DNA of 44,903 bases from Candidatus Daviesbacteria bacterium (GTDB lineage: Bacteria > Patescibacteriota > Microgenomatia > Daviesbacterales > UBA10151): positions 1-44,903 of the forward strand of contig JAUSHL010000023.1 in NCBI GenBank assembly GCA_030648645.1, in the 5' to 3' direction. Positions 17,920 through 27,310 of this stretch are shown piece after piece (within the stretch, counting starts at the first letter, position 1; the number at the start of each line of letters is the position of its first letter). The position numbers and the translations under genes are program-made. A model generated the notes under the pieces. The model saw only the letters and a list, made by a program, of their open reading frames with translations. It searched no databases and was not told the DNA's origin.

Positions 17920-18321
17920 TTACTCGGTTACTTTTTTAGCCATCTCTTCATCATAAACATTCATGATTGTAGAAATCTGTTCTTTTAATTCAAGCTTGTA
18001 ATTACGTATTTCCTCAGTAGCAATAAAATCCAAGTTTGGTGTTAGTCCGATTAAATATCCAGCCACAGCCTCGTCAGCATTTGGTCTTTTTTCTAAATCA
18101 GCCAACGTTTTTTTATCATCTTCTGTTAAACCCGGTTCAATTCTTTGAAAAATTCTTTCCATTACGGTATCAATCATTGTATCCAGCATTTCTGATTTTT
18201 TATCTTTAGGCAGATTCTGCAAACCCAACTCAGTAAAAACTGCCTGCGCATCTTCCAATGATATCAGAGATTTTGGTTTTGCACTGGAATTAGTTTGTTG
18301 GTTGGCAATATTTGTATCCAT
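17920..18321 (-). CDS. Hypothetical protein (DUF5663-like, CPR-type)
   Basis: ELGLQNLP.DKK.EML..M...V..RI pattern; acidic and helical. Confidence 0.6.
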   Translation of the reverse strand: MDTNIANQQTNSSAKPKSLISLEDAQAVFTELGLQNLPKDKKSEMLDTMIDTVMERIFQRIEPGLTEDDKKTLADLEKRPNADEAVAGYLIGLTPNLDFIATEEIRNYKLELKEQISTIMNVYDEEMAKKVTE

Positions 18322-18370
18322 ATATTTAGACTATTCTATCTTTATCTTTTTGTAAAGCACTCAAAATTTC

Positions 18371-20599
18371 TTAAATTACTCTCATTGCACCACTGGTTAA
18401 ACTGGGCCAATTTGGTGTAAGTGTAGTTACTAAAGAGTTGACAGTTCCGGTATTGTCAAAAAAAGCTTTTAAATTGCCTGGACGTAAAATATTTACCCCA
18501 TGATTTATAAAGTCACCATTAATTACCCCAACTGGTGAATTTACTCTAACCCAATTGGTGTAATTTGTTAATCCTCTTAAAATAGATTCTTTATCTGGTC
18601 CTTGTAATATAAGTCTGAATTTATCAACATCAGCTGCAATATTAGGATCAAGTCCATGTGAACTCATATACGCAGCTTCAGCTTGTCCCCAGAGACTTGA
18701 TACATTAGGGTTGCCTAATATATTCGGATCTCCATAATAATTATCAGGAGTCTGATAATTAATTACTTCTGTTTCCGGTAAAGTAAAGAGTGTTAAGGCA
18801 GTTGAGAGGGCTACAGCTAATCCTCCACGGATTCCTCTGGCTCTTCTTTCATATCTCATGCTGGCTTGTTTTTCCTGATTGGATGTTTCGCTTGCCAACT
18901 GACCAGTGCCAGCGGGTACGGGTGCAGTTCTGCCTGCAGGAGCTCCAGCAGGAGTACCAAGTAGGATATCATAAACCATAATCGCCTGATCTTCTGTTAA
19001 ATTATTAGCTTCTGTTCTCAATCTGGTCATTTCCTGATCTGCAAGATAGGCTTCATGATCATACCTTTGGGCTTCACCCGTTGCGGTATTAATAATAGTT
19101 CTTTGATTTGTAATAATGGTTTGCGCGTTGGTAATATCATTATTAAGACGAGTTATTTCCTGATCTGCATCGTGCGCAACATTTTGCAGGCGAGTTATCT
19201 CAGTTACTGCGTTTAGTCTTGCAGTTTCTGCAGTAGTTTTATCCCTAAAGGCATCAATGGCCCGAGTAATATCAGCGGGTGTATGACCTATATAAAGCAT
19301 GTCTTCTAAGGTATTTACAATTTCTGCATCTTTTTGAATTTGAGCGGTAGCTTTTTGGGTAGCAGTGTATATACCGGTTGCATCGTTGATGATACCATCA
19401 AAACCTAAAATTAATCGACAACTACTTTCTAATGCAGGTAGTGCTATCCCAGCTCTTAAAATTCCAATGGGATTACCAGCAGTTCTTTCATCTAATACTA
19501 AATTTGATCCATTTATTTGATTTAAAGCATTAAGTCGAATTGTTTCTTGATTGGGTATCCCATCAATGGCATTTTGTTTATCGATATCCAGGTTATTAAT
19601 TCGACCTTCTGCTGTATTAATCAAAGCATTTCTCCTTCTTGTCTCAGTATTGGCATTAAAAATATTTTGATTTTGCTCTAAAGAGTTATTAATAGCCTCA
19701 TTGCGTATGTTGTCTTGGTCTCCAATTCTGTTTCTTGCTTCTGCTTGAACTCTTTTCCAATTCTCAACTGCAACAGGAGGAGCTCCAGCAGGACTGACAT
19801 TATCAAGCTTGGCTTTGACTTGAACTCTGATTAATTCCGCATATCGATTCATAAGTCTGCCTTCTGTATCGCTTTCTCCTTGGCGGCGTTCTAATATTCT
19901 TGATTCAGAAAATGAAGCAATTCGGCGTCTTACCTCATCAATATTCATGGCACCAACTTGGGTTGCGCTTTGTTCAGATCTTGCACCGCGTCCTTTTGAA
20001 GCAAGATTTTGAATTCCGTGCATTGCTCCCTCCATACCAATTGCTCCAAAACCAACTCTGGCTCCGATTAAGGCCATGGTTAAAGGAAGTGCTCCGGTTA
20101 CAGCTGAAGCGCCAATTGCAAGATTGAGTCCGAGACCAATTGCCATTCTGGCCATTGGGTTTCTTTGTAGTAAGCCACGTGCCCGATCTAAAATTGTTTC
20201 TCTTTTATTGGCAATTTCATCAGTTTGTAATTTGCGCATTTCACTAATCACTTGTGTGGCAACATTTTCTGCTAAGCGTTGACGGAATATTTCACTACTA
20301 TCAGCTTCATTGGTGCTTGCGTCAGTATCTACTCTTGCCTGAAGTTGGATAAAGCGGTTCCGATCATTCTCATATGCTACTCTGGCGGTTTCCATTCTTT
20401 GGGTTGGAGTAGTACCTCTCCTCGTTAACATAACACCAAAACTTTCACGGGCATTTCGCCAAAATCCACGGGCTTGATTTTTTGCGTGTATATAAACATC
20501 ACGGGATGTAGCCAATTGGCCTACTCCACCGGCATTTTCCAGAGTGTCTCTCTGGGCTGTTAAAACTATATTATCATGAGATGATCTTTCCGGATTCAT
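18371..20599 (-). CDS. Large membrane-associated coiled-coil protein, unknown function
   Basis: 742-aa ORF with glycine-rich hydrophobic hairpin, repeated EITRL heptads, second TM segment, possible LysM-like C-terminal region. Confidence 0.7.
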   Translation of the reverse strand: MNPERSSHDNIVLTAQRDTLENAGGVGQLATSRDVYIHAKNQARGFWRNARESFGVMLTRRGTTPTQRMETARVAYENDRNRFIQLQARVDTDASTNEADSSEIFRQRLAENVATQVISEMRKLQTDEIANKRETILDRARGLLQRNPMARMAIGLGLNLAIGASAVTGALPLTMALIGARVGFGAIGMEGAMHGIQNLASKGRGARSEQSATQVGAMNIDEVRRRIASFSESRILERRQGESDTEGRLMNRYAELIRVQVKAKLDNVSPAGAPPVAVENWKRVQAEARNRIGDQDNIRNEAINNSLEQNQNIFNANTETRRRNALINTAEGRINNLDIDKQNAIDGIPNQETIRLNALNQINGSNLVLDERTAGNPIGILRAGIALPALESSCRLILGFDGIINDATGIYTATQKATAQIQKDAEIVNTLEDMLYIGHTPADITRAIDAFRDKTTAETARLNAVTEITRLQNVAHDADQEITRLNNDITNAQTIITNQRTIINTATGEAQRYDHEAYLADQEMTRLRTEANNLTEDQAIMVYDILLGTPAGAPAGRTAPVPAGTGQLASETSNQEKQASMRYERRARGIRGGLAVALSTALTLFTLPETEVINYQTPDNYYGDPNILGNPNVSSLWGQAEAAYMSSHGLDPNIAADVDKFRLILQGPDKESILRGLTNYTNWVRVNSPVGVINGDFINHGVNILRPGNLKAFFDNTGTVNSLVTTLTPNWPSLTSGAMRVI

Positions 20600-20661
20600 A
20601 TATTAATAATCTATTATATGACCGTGGTTGTCAATAATGATATAATTATTATTATAAGCCA

Positions 20662-21204
20662 TTGTATCTGAAAATGCAAGTATTTACTCAAATTTTATCA
20701 GCCGGTATGATGGGGGTTCATGTGGGGGAAATTGATGTTTTGCCTTCCATCGAAGATGATGGTGTGCGTTTTGGAATGGTGAAAGTTAATCAAACAGATA
20801 TATTCCGGCAATCAATCATCGGTATAGCTCCTGTAATTTTAGGATTAGGAGTAATTTTTACTATATTTTGGTTATTTCAAATTGGTACTTTAGCTTTTAA
20901 TGCTTTATGGCAGGAAATATTAATTATTTATATTATTTTTAGTATTACCAATACTATGTTTTCCAGTAAGAAAGATATGGAAGAAGCAACCGGATTTTTT
21001 GTGGCAATTTTTCTGGTTTTAATTATTTGTGTAGGTGCCCTTTTGTTTATGGATTATATTTCTTTTTCATCTTTAATGGAAATGTTTAATTCTGAACAAT
21101 TAATTATTTTTTTTCAGAAGATTGATTTATTTTTGTTAATTTTGATTGGAATTGATTTTTTTATTTTAAGTTTGACTAAGCTTCTAAACTTAAAATCCGC
21201 TTAA
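20662..21204 (+). pseudogene. M50-like membrane peptidase-family gene, apparently N-terminally truncated
   Basis: AGMMGVHVGEI..LP...G.V....TD.FR..IIG.AP and TMFSSKKD are present, but no upstream HExxH; no strong start codon. Confidence 0.45.
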
Positions 21205-21294
21205 AAGTGGCAGGAGGGAGAAAATTAGAATAGCAAACACTGCTACAACTGATAAAATTATCCAAAATATTTTAAATTTTTTTGAGTACATCAT
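21190..21294 (-). CDS. Small single-TM protein, 34 aa (MMYSKKFKIFWIILSVVAVFAILIFSLLPLLSGF)
   Basis: Manually translated ORF directly downstream of tyrS; basic N-terminus plus hydrophobic helix. Confidence 0.5.
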   Translation of the reverse strand: MMYSKKFKIFWIILSVVAVFAILIFSLLPLLSGF

Positions 21295-21329
21295 TTGTTA
21301 ATTTTAAATTTTTAATTTTAAATTTTCAA

Positions 21330-22433
21330 TTACTTCTTTGTTAATCTTTCAATTTCTTCCAAAGCTTTCTTTCTTTTGGGATCTTCAAAGTATTTACGGG
21401 CTGGTTCTAATTTCTGAATCAACCATTCAGCTACGGCATTTTTTAAATCCATTGGATGTAATTTTTTTTCAGCATAATCTTTTTCTAAATCTTCATAACT
21501 GGTGTAAGTTATATCTCCTCCAAATTTTTCATCTCTTTTAATTTCTAATTTAGAATCTTTTTCATAAAATATTAAATATTTAGCCCAGTCTAAAATTGGA
21601 TTATATTTTATTTCTCCCTCCGGACAAAAAGCATTACCAATTTTTCTTTTAATTTCTTCTGGTGAGTCAGTCACAAAAATAGCACTATCAGGTTTTGATT
21701 TGCTCATTTTCATTGCTGTTACTATATCTTCCCTATTTTCTTCCGGAATTGGCCAAAGCGGAGGTTTTAAAAGTCCTTGTAATAAATGATGATGAATGGC
21801 AATAGGTTTTAGGTATCCAACTTCTTTGGCACAATCTCTGGCTACCACATGAACATTCCTCTGATCAGTACCTGCATGGGCAATATTTACTCCTAAAGTG
21901 AAAATATCAGCAGTCTGCATAGCTGGGTAAAACAGACTGGCTGTATCTGATGATTGACCTGCAACTCTTCCCATAATGTTGGTTGAACGCATCATGCGGG
22001 AAATAGTTGTGGCTTTTGCTACTTTAATTACATTTGCCCAATATTCATTATTTAATTTTTTATAAAGTTCACTACCTAAAACAAACTCAATTTTTTTAGG
22101 ATCTGCACCGACACACAAAGCTGCAGCTTTTAATCCTTCTTCAAAATATGATCTTGCCATTTTAGAAGCGGTTTCTAAAGTTCCGTCTAATTTTTTATTT
22201 AACCATGTATGCCAATCTGCTAAAAGAATAGTTGTTTCTATTCCGGCATCCTGTAGATTTTTGATTTTTAACATAGTGGCAAGTCCGGTTCCTAAGTGAA
22301 CTTTTCCGGAAATTTCAAACCCAATATAATGTTTCATTGGTTTTCCAGACTTAATTAGATCCTTTAATTCATCAGCAGTTAAGACTTCCTCTAAATTTCT
22401 GGTAATTAAATTAAACTTTTCCTCATTTGTCAT
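21330..22433 (-). CDS. tyrS: Tyrosine--tRNA ligase, archaeal/eukaryotic type
   Basis: YIGFEISGKVHLG, LADWHTWLN, YPAMQTADI, GTDQRNVH, KMSKS, AFCPEG, LHPMDLKNAVA; no bacterial S4-like C-terminal domain. Confidence 0.92.
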   Translation of the reverse strand: MTNEEKFNLITRNLEEVLTADELKDLIKSGKPMKHYIGFEISGKVHLGTGLATMLKIKNLQDAGIETTILLADWHTWLNKKLDGTLETASKMARSYFEEGLKAAALCVGADPKKIEFVLGSELYKKLNNEYWANVIKVAKATTISRMMRSTNIMGRVAGQSSDTASLFYPAMQTADIFTLGVNIAHAGTDQRNVHVVARDCAKEVGYLKPIAIHHHLLQGLLKPPLWPIPEENREDIVTAMKMSKSKPDSAIFVTDSPEEIKRKIGNAFCPEGEIKYNPILDWAKYLIFYEKDSKLEIKRDEKFGGDITYTSYEDLEKDYAEKKLHPMDLKNAVAEWLIQKLEPARKYFEDPKRKKALEEIERLTKK

Positions 22434-22486
22434 ATAACTATTATACCTAAAGTACAAGCTAAAAAACAGACTTCTTTTATGCTACG

Positions 22487-24319
22487 ATGGAAGTTAACAT
22501 GGCAGAAGAAATGGAAAAGAAAAAAGTAAATCAGATCAAGGATAGTATTTGGGTATCTTATAGATTGCTTAAATTAGTCTGGGGTGTGGATAAAAGATTA
22601 TTTTTAGGAACATTGGTTTCAACTATCATTCCGGCAATAATTCCTTTTATTAATATTTATATCTATAAATTAGTTATTGATTTGGTGGTAAAATCAATCA
22701 CTTCAAATCAAACTCCCGATTATTCATATTTATATTTTTTAATTGCCTTAAGATTAGTAACCTACTTTGTTCAGGAAGCAGCTTTTAGAACTCAAGGGTT
22801 TGTAGAAAGATTATTTTGGACAAAAGTCCCGATTACTTTAAATGAAATGGTGTATAAAAAAACCTCCGGTTTAGATATCCAATATTTTGAGGACAGTCAT
22901 TTTAAGGATTTACTGGAAAAAGTCAGAGATGCTGCCTGGAGGCCACAAGAGTTGGTTATGCATTTATTTATGGGACTGCAAAGCTTTATTCAGGTAATAA
23001 TTGCGACAATTGCAATTGCAGAGTTGAATTTATTTTTGATGGTTTTAGTGCTTTCAGTTTCAATTCCGGAATTTATTATTCAAACCAGATATTCCAAATT
23101 ATCCTATGGAATTTGGTCCAGTAATTCTCCTTACCGAAAAAGATTTTGGTATTTGGCAGGATTGTTGCAACATTATCACACTATGAAAGAAGTTAAGATT
23201 TTTAGATTGGCTAAAAATTTTATGGCTGAAATAAGAGGCATTCAGGAAAAATATTACAAAGAAAATACCAAATTAGCCAAAGAAAATTATTTTTTAAATT
23301 TAATTTTTAATGTTCTTTCAACTTTAGTTTTTGTGGGAGTAGAAGTTTATGTAATTTTGGAAGCTTTGGCCAGAAGGATTACTGTTGGAGACATCAGTTT
23401 TTATACAGGTGTCGTAATGAATTTTCAAAGCGGTCTAGGTGGGCTTTTCCGCAATATGACCGGAATTTTTGATAATAGTCTTTATGTTAAAAGTATCTTT
23501 GAAGTTTTGGATGCGGAAAATGTGATCAAGGAAATAGAAAATCCTGTTAAGATAAATCATAATGAGACTCCTAAAATAGAATTTGTAAATGTTGATTTTG
23601 CTTATCCCGGATCCAAAAAGAAAATTTTAAATAATTTTAATTTAACCATAAATCCCGGAGAAAAAATTGCTTTGGTGGGAGAAAATGGAGCCGGAAAAAC
23701 TACTTTAATTAAATTACTCACCAGATTTTATGATGTAAGTTCGGGAGATATTTTAATTAATGGGGTAAGCATTAAAAATCTGGAATTAGAAAGTTGGTAT
23801 AAATGTTTGGGAGTTTTGTTTCAGGATTTTAATAAATATGAACACACAGTTACTGAAAATATTGGATTTGGTAAAGATTATGAAGAAATAAATATTGAAG
23901 AGATCATAGATGCTGCAACTTCAGCCGGAGCTCATGCCATGATTGAAAAATTGGATAGAGGATACGAACAAATGTTGGGGAAAACTTTTGAAGGAGGTTT
24001 GGAATTATCAGGTGGTCAATGGCAAAAGATTGCTTTGTCCAGGGCATTTTTAAGAAATGCTCCGGTTTTGGTTTTAGATGAACCAACTGCCTCTATAGAT
24101 GCTAAAGCAGAATCAGAAATTTTCAACAGAGTAGAGAAATTATCCAAAGATAAAACAGTAATTATTATTTCTCATAGATTTTCCACAGTGAGAAATGCTG
24201 ATAAAATATATGTGATTGATAAAGGAAGAATTATTGAATCTGGGGATCATAAGGAGTTGATGCAATTAAATGGTCAATATGCCACCCTCTTTAAACTCCA
24301 AGCCAAAGGATATCAATGA
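22487..24319 (+). CDS. ABC exporter, fused permease/ATPase
   Basis: Multi-TM N-terminal half, GENGAGKTT, LSGGQWQ, LVLDEPT, ISHR. Confidence 0.95.
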   Translation: MEVNMAEEMEKKKVNQIKDSIWVSYRLLKLVWGVDKRLFLGTLVSTIIPAIIPFINIYIYKLVIDLVVKSITSNQTPDYSYLYFLIALRLVTYFVQEAAFRTQGFVERLFWTKVPITLNEMVYKKTSGLDIQYFEDSHFKDLLEKVRDAAWRPQELVMHLFMGLQSFIQVIIATIAIAELNLFLMVLVLSVSIPEFIIQTRYSKLSYGIWSSNSPYRKRFWYLAGLLQHYHTMKEVKIFRLAKNFMAEIRGIQEKYYKENTKLAKENYFLNLIFNVLSTLVFVGVEVYVILEALARRITVGDISFYTGVVMNFQSGLGGLFRNMTGIFDNSLYVKSIFEVLDAENVIKEIENPVKINHNETPKIEFVNVDFAYPGSKKKILNNFNLTINPGEKIALVGENGAGKTTLIKLLTRFYDVSSGDILINGVSIKNLELESWYKCLGVLFQDFNKYEHTVTENIGFGKDYEEINIEEIIDAATSAGAHAMIEKLDRGYEQMLGKTFEGGLELSGGQWQKIALSRAFLRNAPVLVLDEPTASIDAKAESEIFNRVEKLSKDKTVIIISHRFSTVRNADKIYVIDKGRIIESGDHKELMQLNGQYATLFKLQAKGYQ

Positions 24320-25017
24320 TTGTGGAATATTATATCCATAATATTTGCAGAATCCCTTATACCCGTTAGTAACACGGTTGCATATATATGTTCAGTTGGA
24401 ATATTAGGAATGGCAAGCTGATTTTCTTTAAAATAATCTTCATGAATATATTGAATTATATCTTTTGGGTTTCTTAGGTCAACAAAATAAAGAGCTCTTC
24501 TTCTGTTCCTGTCCCATATAGGTAATGCACTTAAAGGGGTTAGATAAGATAAAGCATGGTCTAAATTTGCTGTAACCCAAATTTCATTTAATCTATCTGG
24601 ATAGTGAAAACTTCCTGTAAAAACAAAATCTTCTCTTTTACTTTTTGCAAGCAATTTTTTGAGTTGTTCACAAAGCTCAGGTGGTATAACATAGTCTTTA
24701 AAATTGGCAATAGAATATTTTTGGTATTTCCTTATGTAATCAATGATTAATTGAATTTTTTTTGCTTCTTCGCTTGTTTTTAAAGGTTGGCTTAAAAGCA
24801 TTTCTTTAACTTTTACTTCAGATATTGGATAACATAGTTTCCCATACTGTTCTGTAGGAATAAAACTTTTATAGTTGGGAAATTGCACAACTAGATATTC
24901 TCTGCTGTTCTTTGTTTCTATTCCTTGAAATGTGCCTATTAATTGTGATGTCCTTATCAGGTGTGAACCCGGTGTTAACTTTTCAAGAGTAATTTCTGGT
25001 AAACTTTCCTGTATCAT
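24313..25017 (-). CDS. Hypothetical protein: CarD/TRCF-RID-like N-terminus plus ART-like C-terminal motifs
   Basis: GSHLI....IGTFQGIE....EYLVVQF....FIP.EQ..KL..PISE; C-terminal VFTGS / WVTANLDHALSY / LYFVD / ENQLAIPNIPTEHIY. Confidence 0.5.
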   Translation of the reverse strand: MIQESLPEITLEKLTPGSHLIRTSQLIGTFQGIETKNSREYLVVQFPNYKSFIPTEQYGKLCYPISEVKVKEMLLSQPLKTSEEAKKIQLIIDYIRKYQKYSIANFKDYVIPPELCEQLKKLLAKSKREDFVFTGSFHYPDRLNEIWVTANLDHALSYLTPLSALPIWDRNRRRALYFVDLRNPKDIIQYIHEDYFKENQLAIPNIPTEHIYATVLLTGIRDSANIMDIIFHNH

Positions 25018-25080
25018 GCTTTTGGGATTGTAGCATAAATTACAAAATCTTCCCATATCTGAAAGAGAATGCTGGAAAAA

Positions 25081-26424
25081 CTATTTCATTGTTTGAGTAT
25101 ATTTCTCATTCCAATCTAAGATACTATCAACTGATTTTTGATTCCATCTCTGCAAAGCTGTTGCCTGATGTTGAGCTATCTTACCGCCCTTTTCTCCTCC
25201 CTGAATAAATCCATATCTGTATTCATCTTTTTTCGTTTCCTCGTTTTTCCATTTGTGTCCAATTGATAGCATTAAGCAGGCAGCAGTCACAGCTTCTAAT
25301 CCATAAGGATTAAATCTAAATCCAATATGTTTCTGGAAAAAATTATTATATTCAATTGCAGTGTCTGGGCGGAATTGAACACTGCCAATATCTCCCGTGT
25401 TTGAACCTGGCATCATTTTATAATTATATTTAACAGAATTAATTGACAGAAACTGACTAAGGTCAATAAATTTATCTTTTGCATCTGAATAGTCGAATGC
25501 GGGTAATGGTCCAATGTTTGCCAAGGCATAAATTTTACCATTTTTGGTAACTTTACTTTCATTCCAGGCAATGCCAATTAAAACTCCAATTGGCAATATA
25601 ATATCTTCCAAAGAGATTAATTTTGGATCAACCAAATCTTCTAAATCAGGTCTAAATTCTTTTATGAAGTTTACTTTGCCTAAATTATTCATTTTCTTTT
25701 GTAGAATATTTTTAGCTTCTAAATATGAGTCTTTGCAAATAGCAATCCATTCTGGGTGAAAGTTATTATTTTTGGCAAACTCTCTTTCTTGCTTTTCTAA
25801 TTTTTTAAGACCAAAAGAACCGCTTTCTCTCATTTTCCATCTTTCTTCTAAGAGTTGAATTCGATTATCAGTATTGGTAATAAACCAAAAAGCTTGATCA
25901 AGGTATTGTAAATTATATGAATTAATAACTTCACTGGTATAGTCAGTTTCAGCCTTTTTACGCTCCGGTGATCCAGGAATGGAATTTAAAATAATATTTG
26001 CTTTTTCTATCTGAAAAATCTTTGCAGAGGATTCTGTATTTTGTTCTGTAGTTTGTTTTTTTGTTGATGTAGTTGCTAATGAGTTTTGAATATTTTTATT
26101 TTGAATATCTACTGCTGTTTTATCTGCATTAAATTTTGCCAAAATACCTAATCCCACAACTCCAAAACCTGTAGATAAACCTCTTAATAAGAAATTTCTT
26201 CTTCCGATTGTTTTATAAAGTGCATTTCTTTCACTAGGTAGCAAATCAGGATTCTGTGATTGAATTTCCTTATAAGTTTTATTATCAGGTAAAAAACGTT
26301 TAAAAAAATCCCGACGAGTGTGTGTCTGTGGTTTTTGCTTTTCTTGAATTGGTACATTTTCAGTGTCAGAAACAGGCATAATTGGCTTATCTTTGATGAT
26401 AAATGAGATTGGCATAGTAAGCAA
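25081..26424 (-). CDS. Secreted/anchored lysozyme-like (lytic transglycosylase-like) protein
   Basis: Twin-Arg-like motifs (TRRDFF, GRRNFL) plus TM; GIAWNES and GDIGSVQFRPDT resemble lytic transglycosylase motifs. Confidence 0.55.
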   Translation of the reverse strand: MLTMPISFIIKDKPIMPVSDTENVPIQEKQKPQTHTRRDFFKRFLPDNKTYKEIQSQNPDLLPSERNALYKTIGRRNFLLRGLSTGFGVVGLGILAKFNADKTAVDIQNKNIQNSLATTSTKKQTTEQNTESSAKIFQIEKANIILNSIPGSPERKKAETDYTSEVINSYNLQYLDQAFWFITNTDNRIQLLEERWKMRESGSFGLKKLEKQEREFAKNNNFHPEWIAICKDSYLEAKNILQKKMNNLGKVNFIKEFRPDLEDLVDPKLISLEDIILPIGVLIGIAWNESKVTKNGKIYALANIGPLPAFDYSDAKDKFIDLSQFLSINSVKYNYKMMPGSNTGDIGSVQFRPDTAIEYNNFFQKHIGFRFNPYGLEAVTAACLMLSIGHKWKNEETKKDEYRYGFIQGGEKGGKIAQHQATALQRWNQKSVDSILDWNEKYTQTMK

Positions 26425-26440
26425 TAAGGAGATTATGTTC

Positions 26441-26464
26441 GAGTTCCCACACTCGGTGTGGGAA
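26441..26464. repeat. REP-like palindrome GAGTTCCCACACTCGGTGTGGGAA, copy 1
   Basis: TTCCCACAC/GTGTGGGAA stem; upstream of RAYT. Confidence 0.9.
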
Positions 26465-26502
26465 TCTAAGCAAAGTTAATTACATTATGCCATAATAAAA
26501 GT

Positions 26503-27162
26503 GTGAGAGATTTATCCTTTTGTACTGATTGCTATTATCATATTTACAATCGTGGTGTCGAGAAAAGAAAGATTTTTGAGGATAGATTTGACTATTGGCG
26601 ATTCCTAGAAACATTAGGTTTTTATCGTAAATCCCCCATTCCGGTAAAGCTCTCAGATTTTAGAAGAGGTAAGCTTGGAATTAGGAAAATTGAAGCTCAG
26701 ACTGAAATAGTCAAAATATATTGTTTCTGTTTAATGCCTAATCATTTTCATTTGATCGTTCAACAAGTTGCAGAAAATGGCATATCCATATTTATGAGGA
26801 AAATTTCTGATAGTTATACCAAATATTTTAATACAAAACATGAACGAGTTGGTTCTTTATTTCAGGGTCCATTTAAGGCTAAATTAATTGAGACTGATGA
26901 ATATTTGCTTCAACTTTCTAAATATATTCACAGAAATCCAAAAGAGCTTGAGTTCCCACACTCGGTGTGGGAAGCTAAGCAATATCCGTATTCCTCATAC
27001 CAATATTATCTTTCGGGGGAAAAACATTCTTTCTGTGATACAGAGTTTATTCTTTCTTATTTTTCCAAGACAAATCCAAATTCAGATTATCAAAGTTTTG
27101 TAGAGGAATTTGGATTTGAAGACCCATCTTTTTATAGCGTATTTATAGATCCAGAAGATTGA
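26503..27162 (+). mobile_element. REP-associated tyrosine transposase (RAYT, IS200/Y1 HUH superfamily)
   Basis: YYHIYNRGVEKRKIF, CLMPNHFHL (HUH), LFQGPFK, YIHRNP, YPYSSY; flanked by REP-like palindromes. Confidence 0.92.
26950..26973. repeat. REP-like palindrome copy 2, in frame inside the RAYT ORF
   Basis: Identical 24-mer, translated as EFPHSVWE. Confidence 0.9.
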
Positions 27163-27175
27163 AATGAAATAATTC

Positions 27176-27199
27176 GAGTTCCCACACTCGGTGTGGGAA
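27176..27199. repeat. REP-like palindrome copy 3
   Basis: Identical 24-mer followed by GCTAAGC, just after the RAYT stop. Confidence 0.9.
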
Positions 27200-27310
27200 G
27201 CTAAGCGCAATTTAAAGTTAAAACGAGACATTGATTAATATAAACTTATGGGTGTATTCAGTAAGTATCCCATAGTTGCATTTTAGATCGCTTTGTTATA
27301 GAATAGCCTT

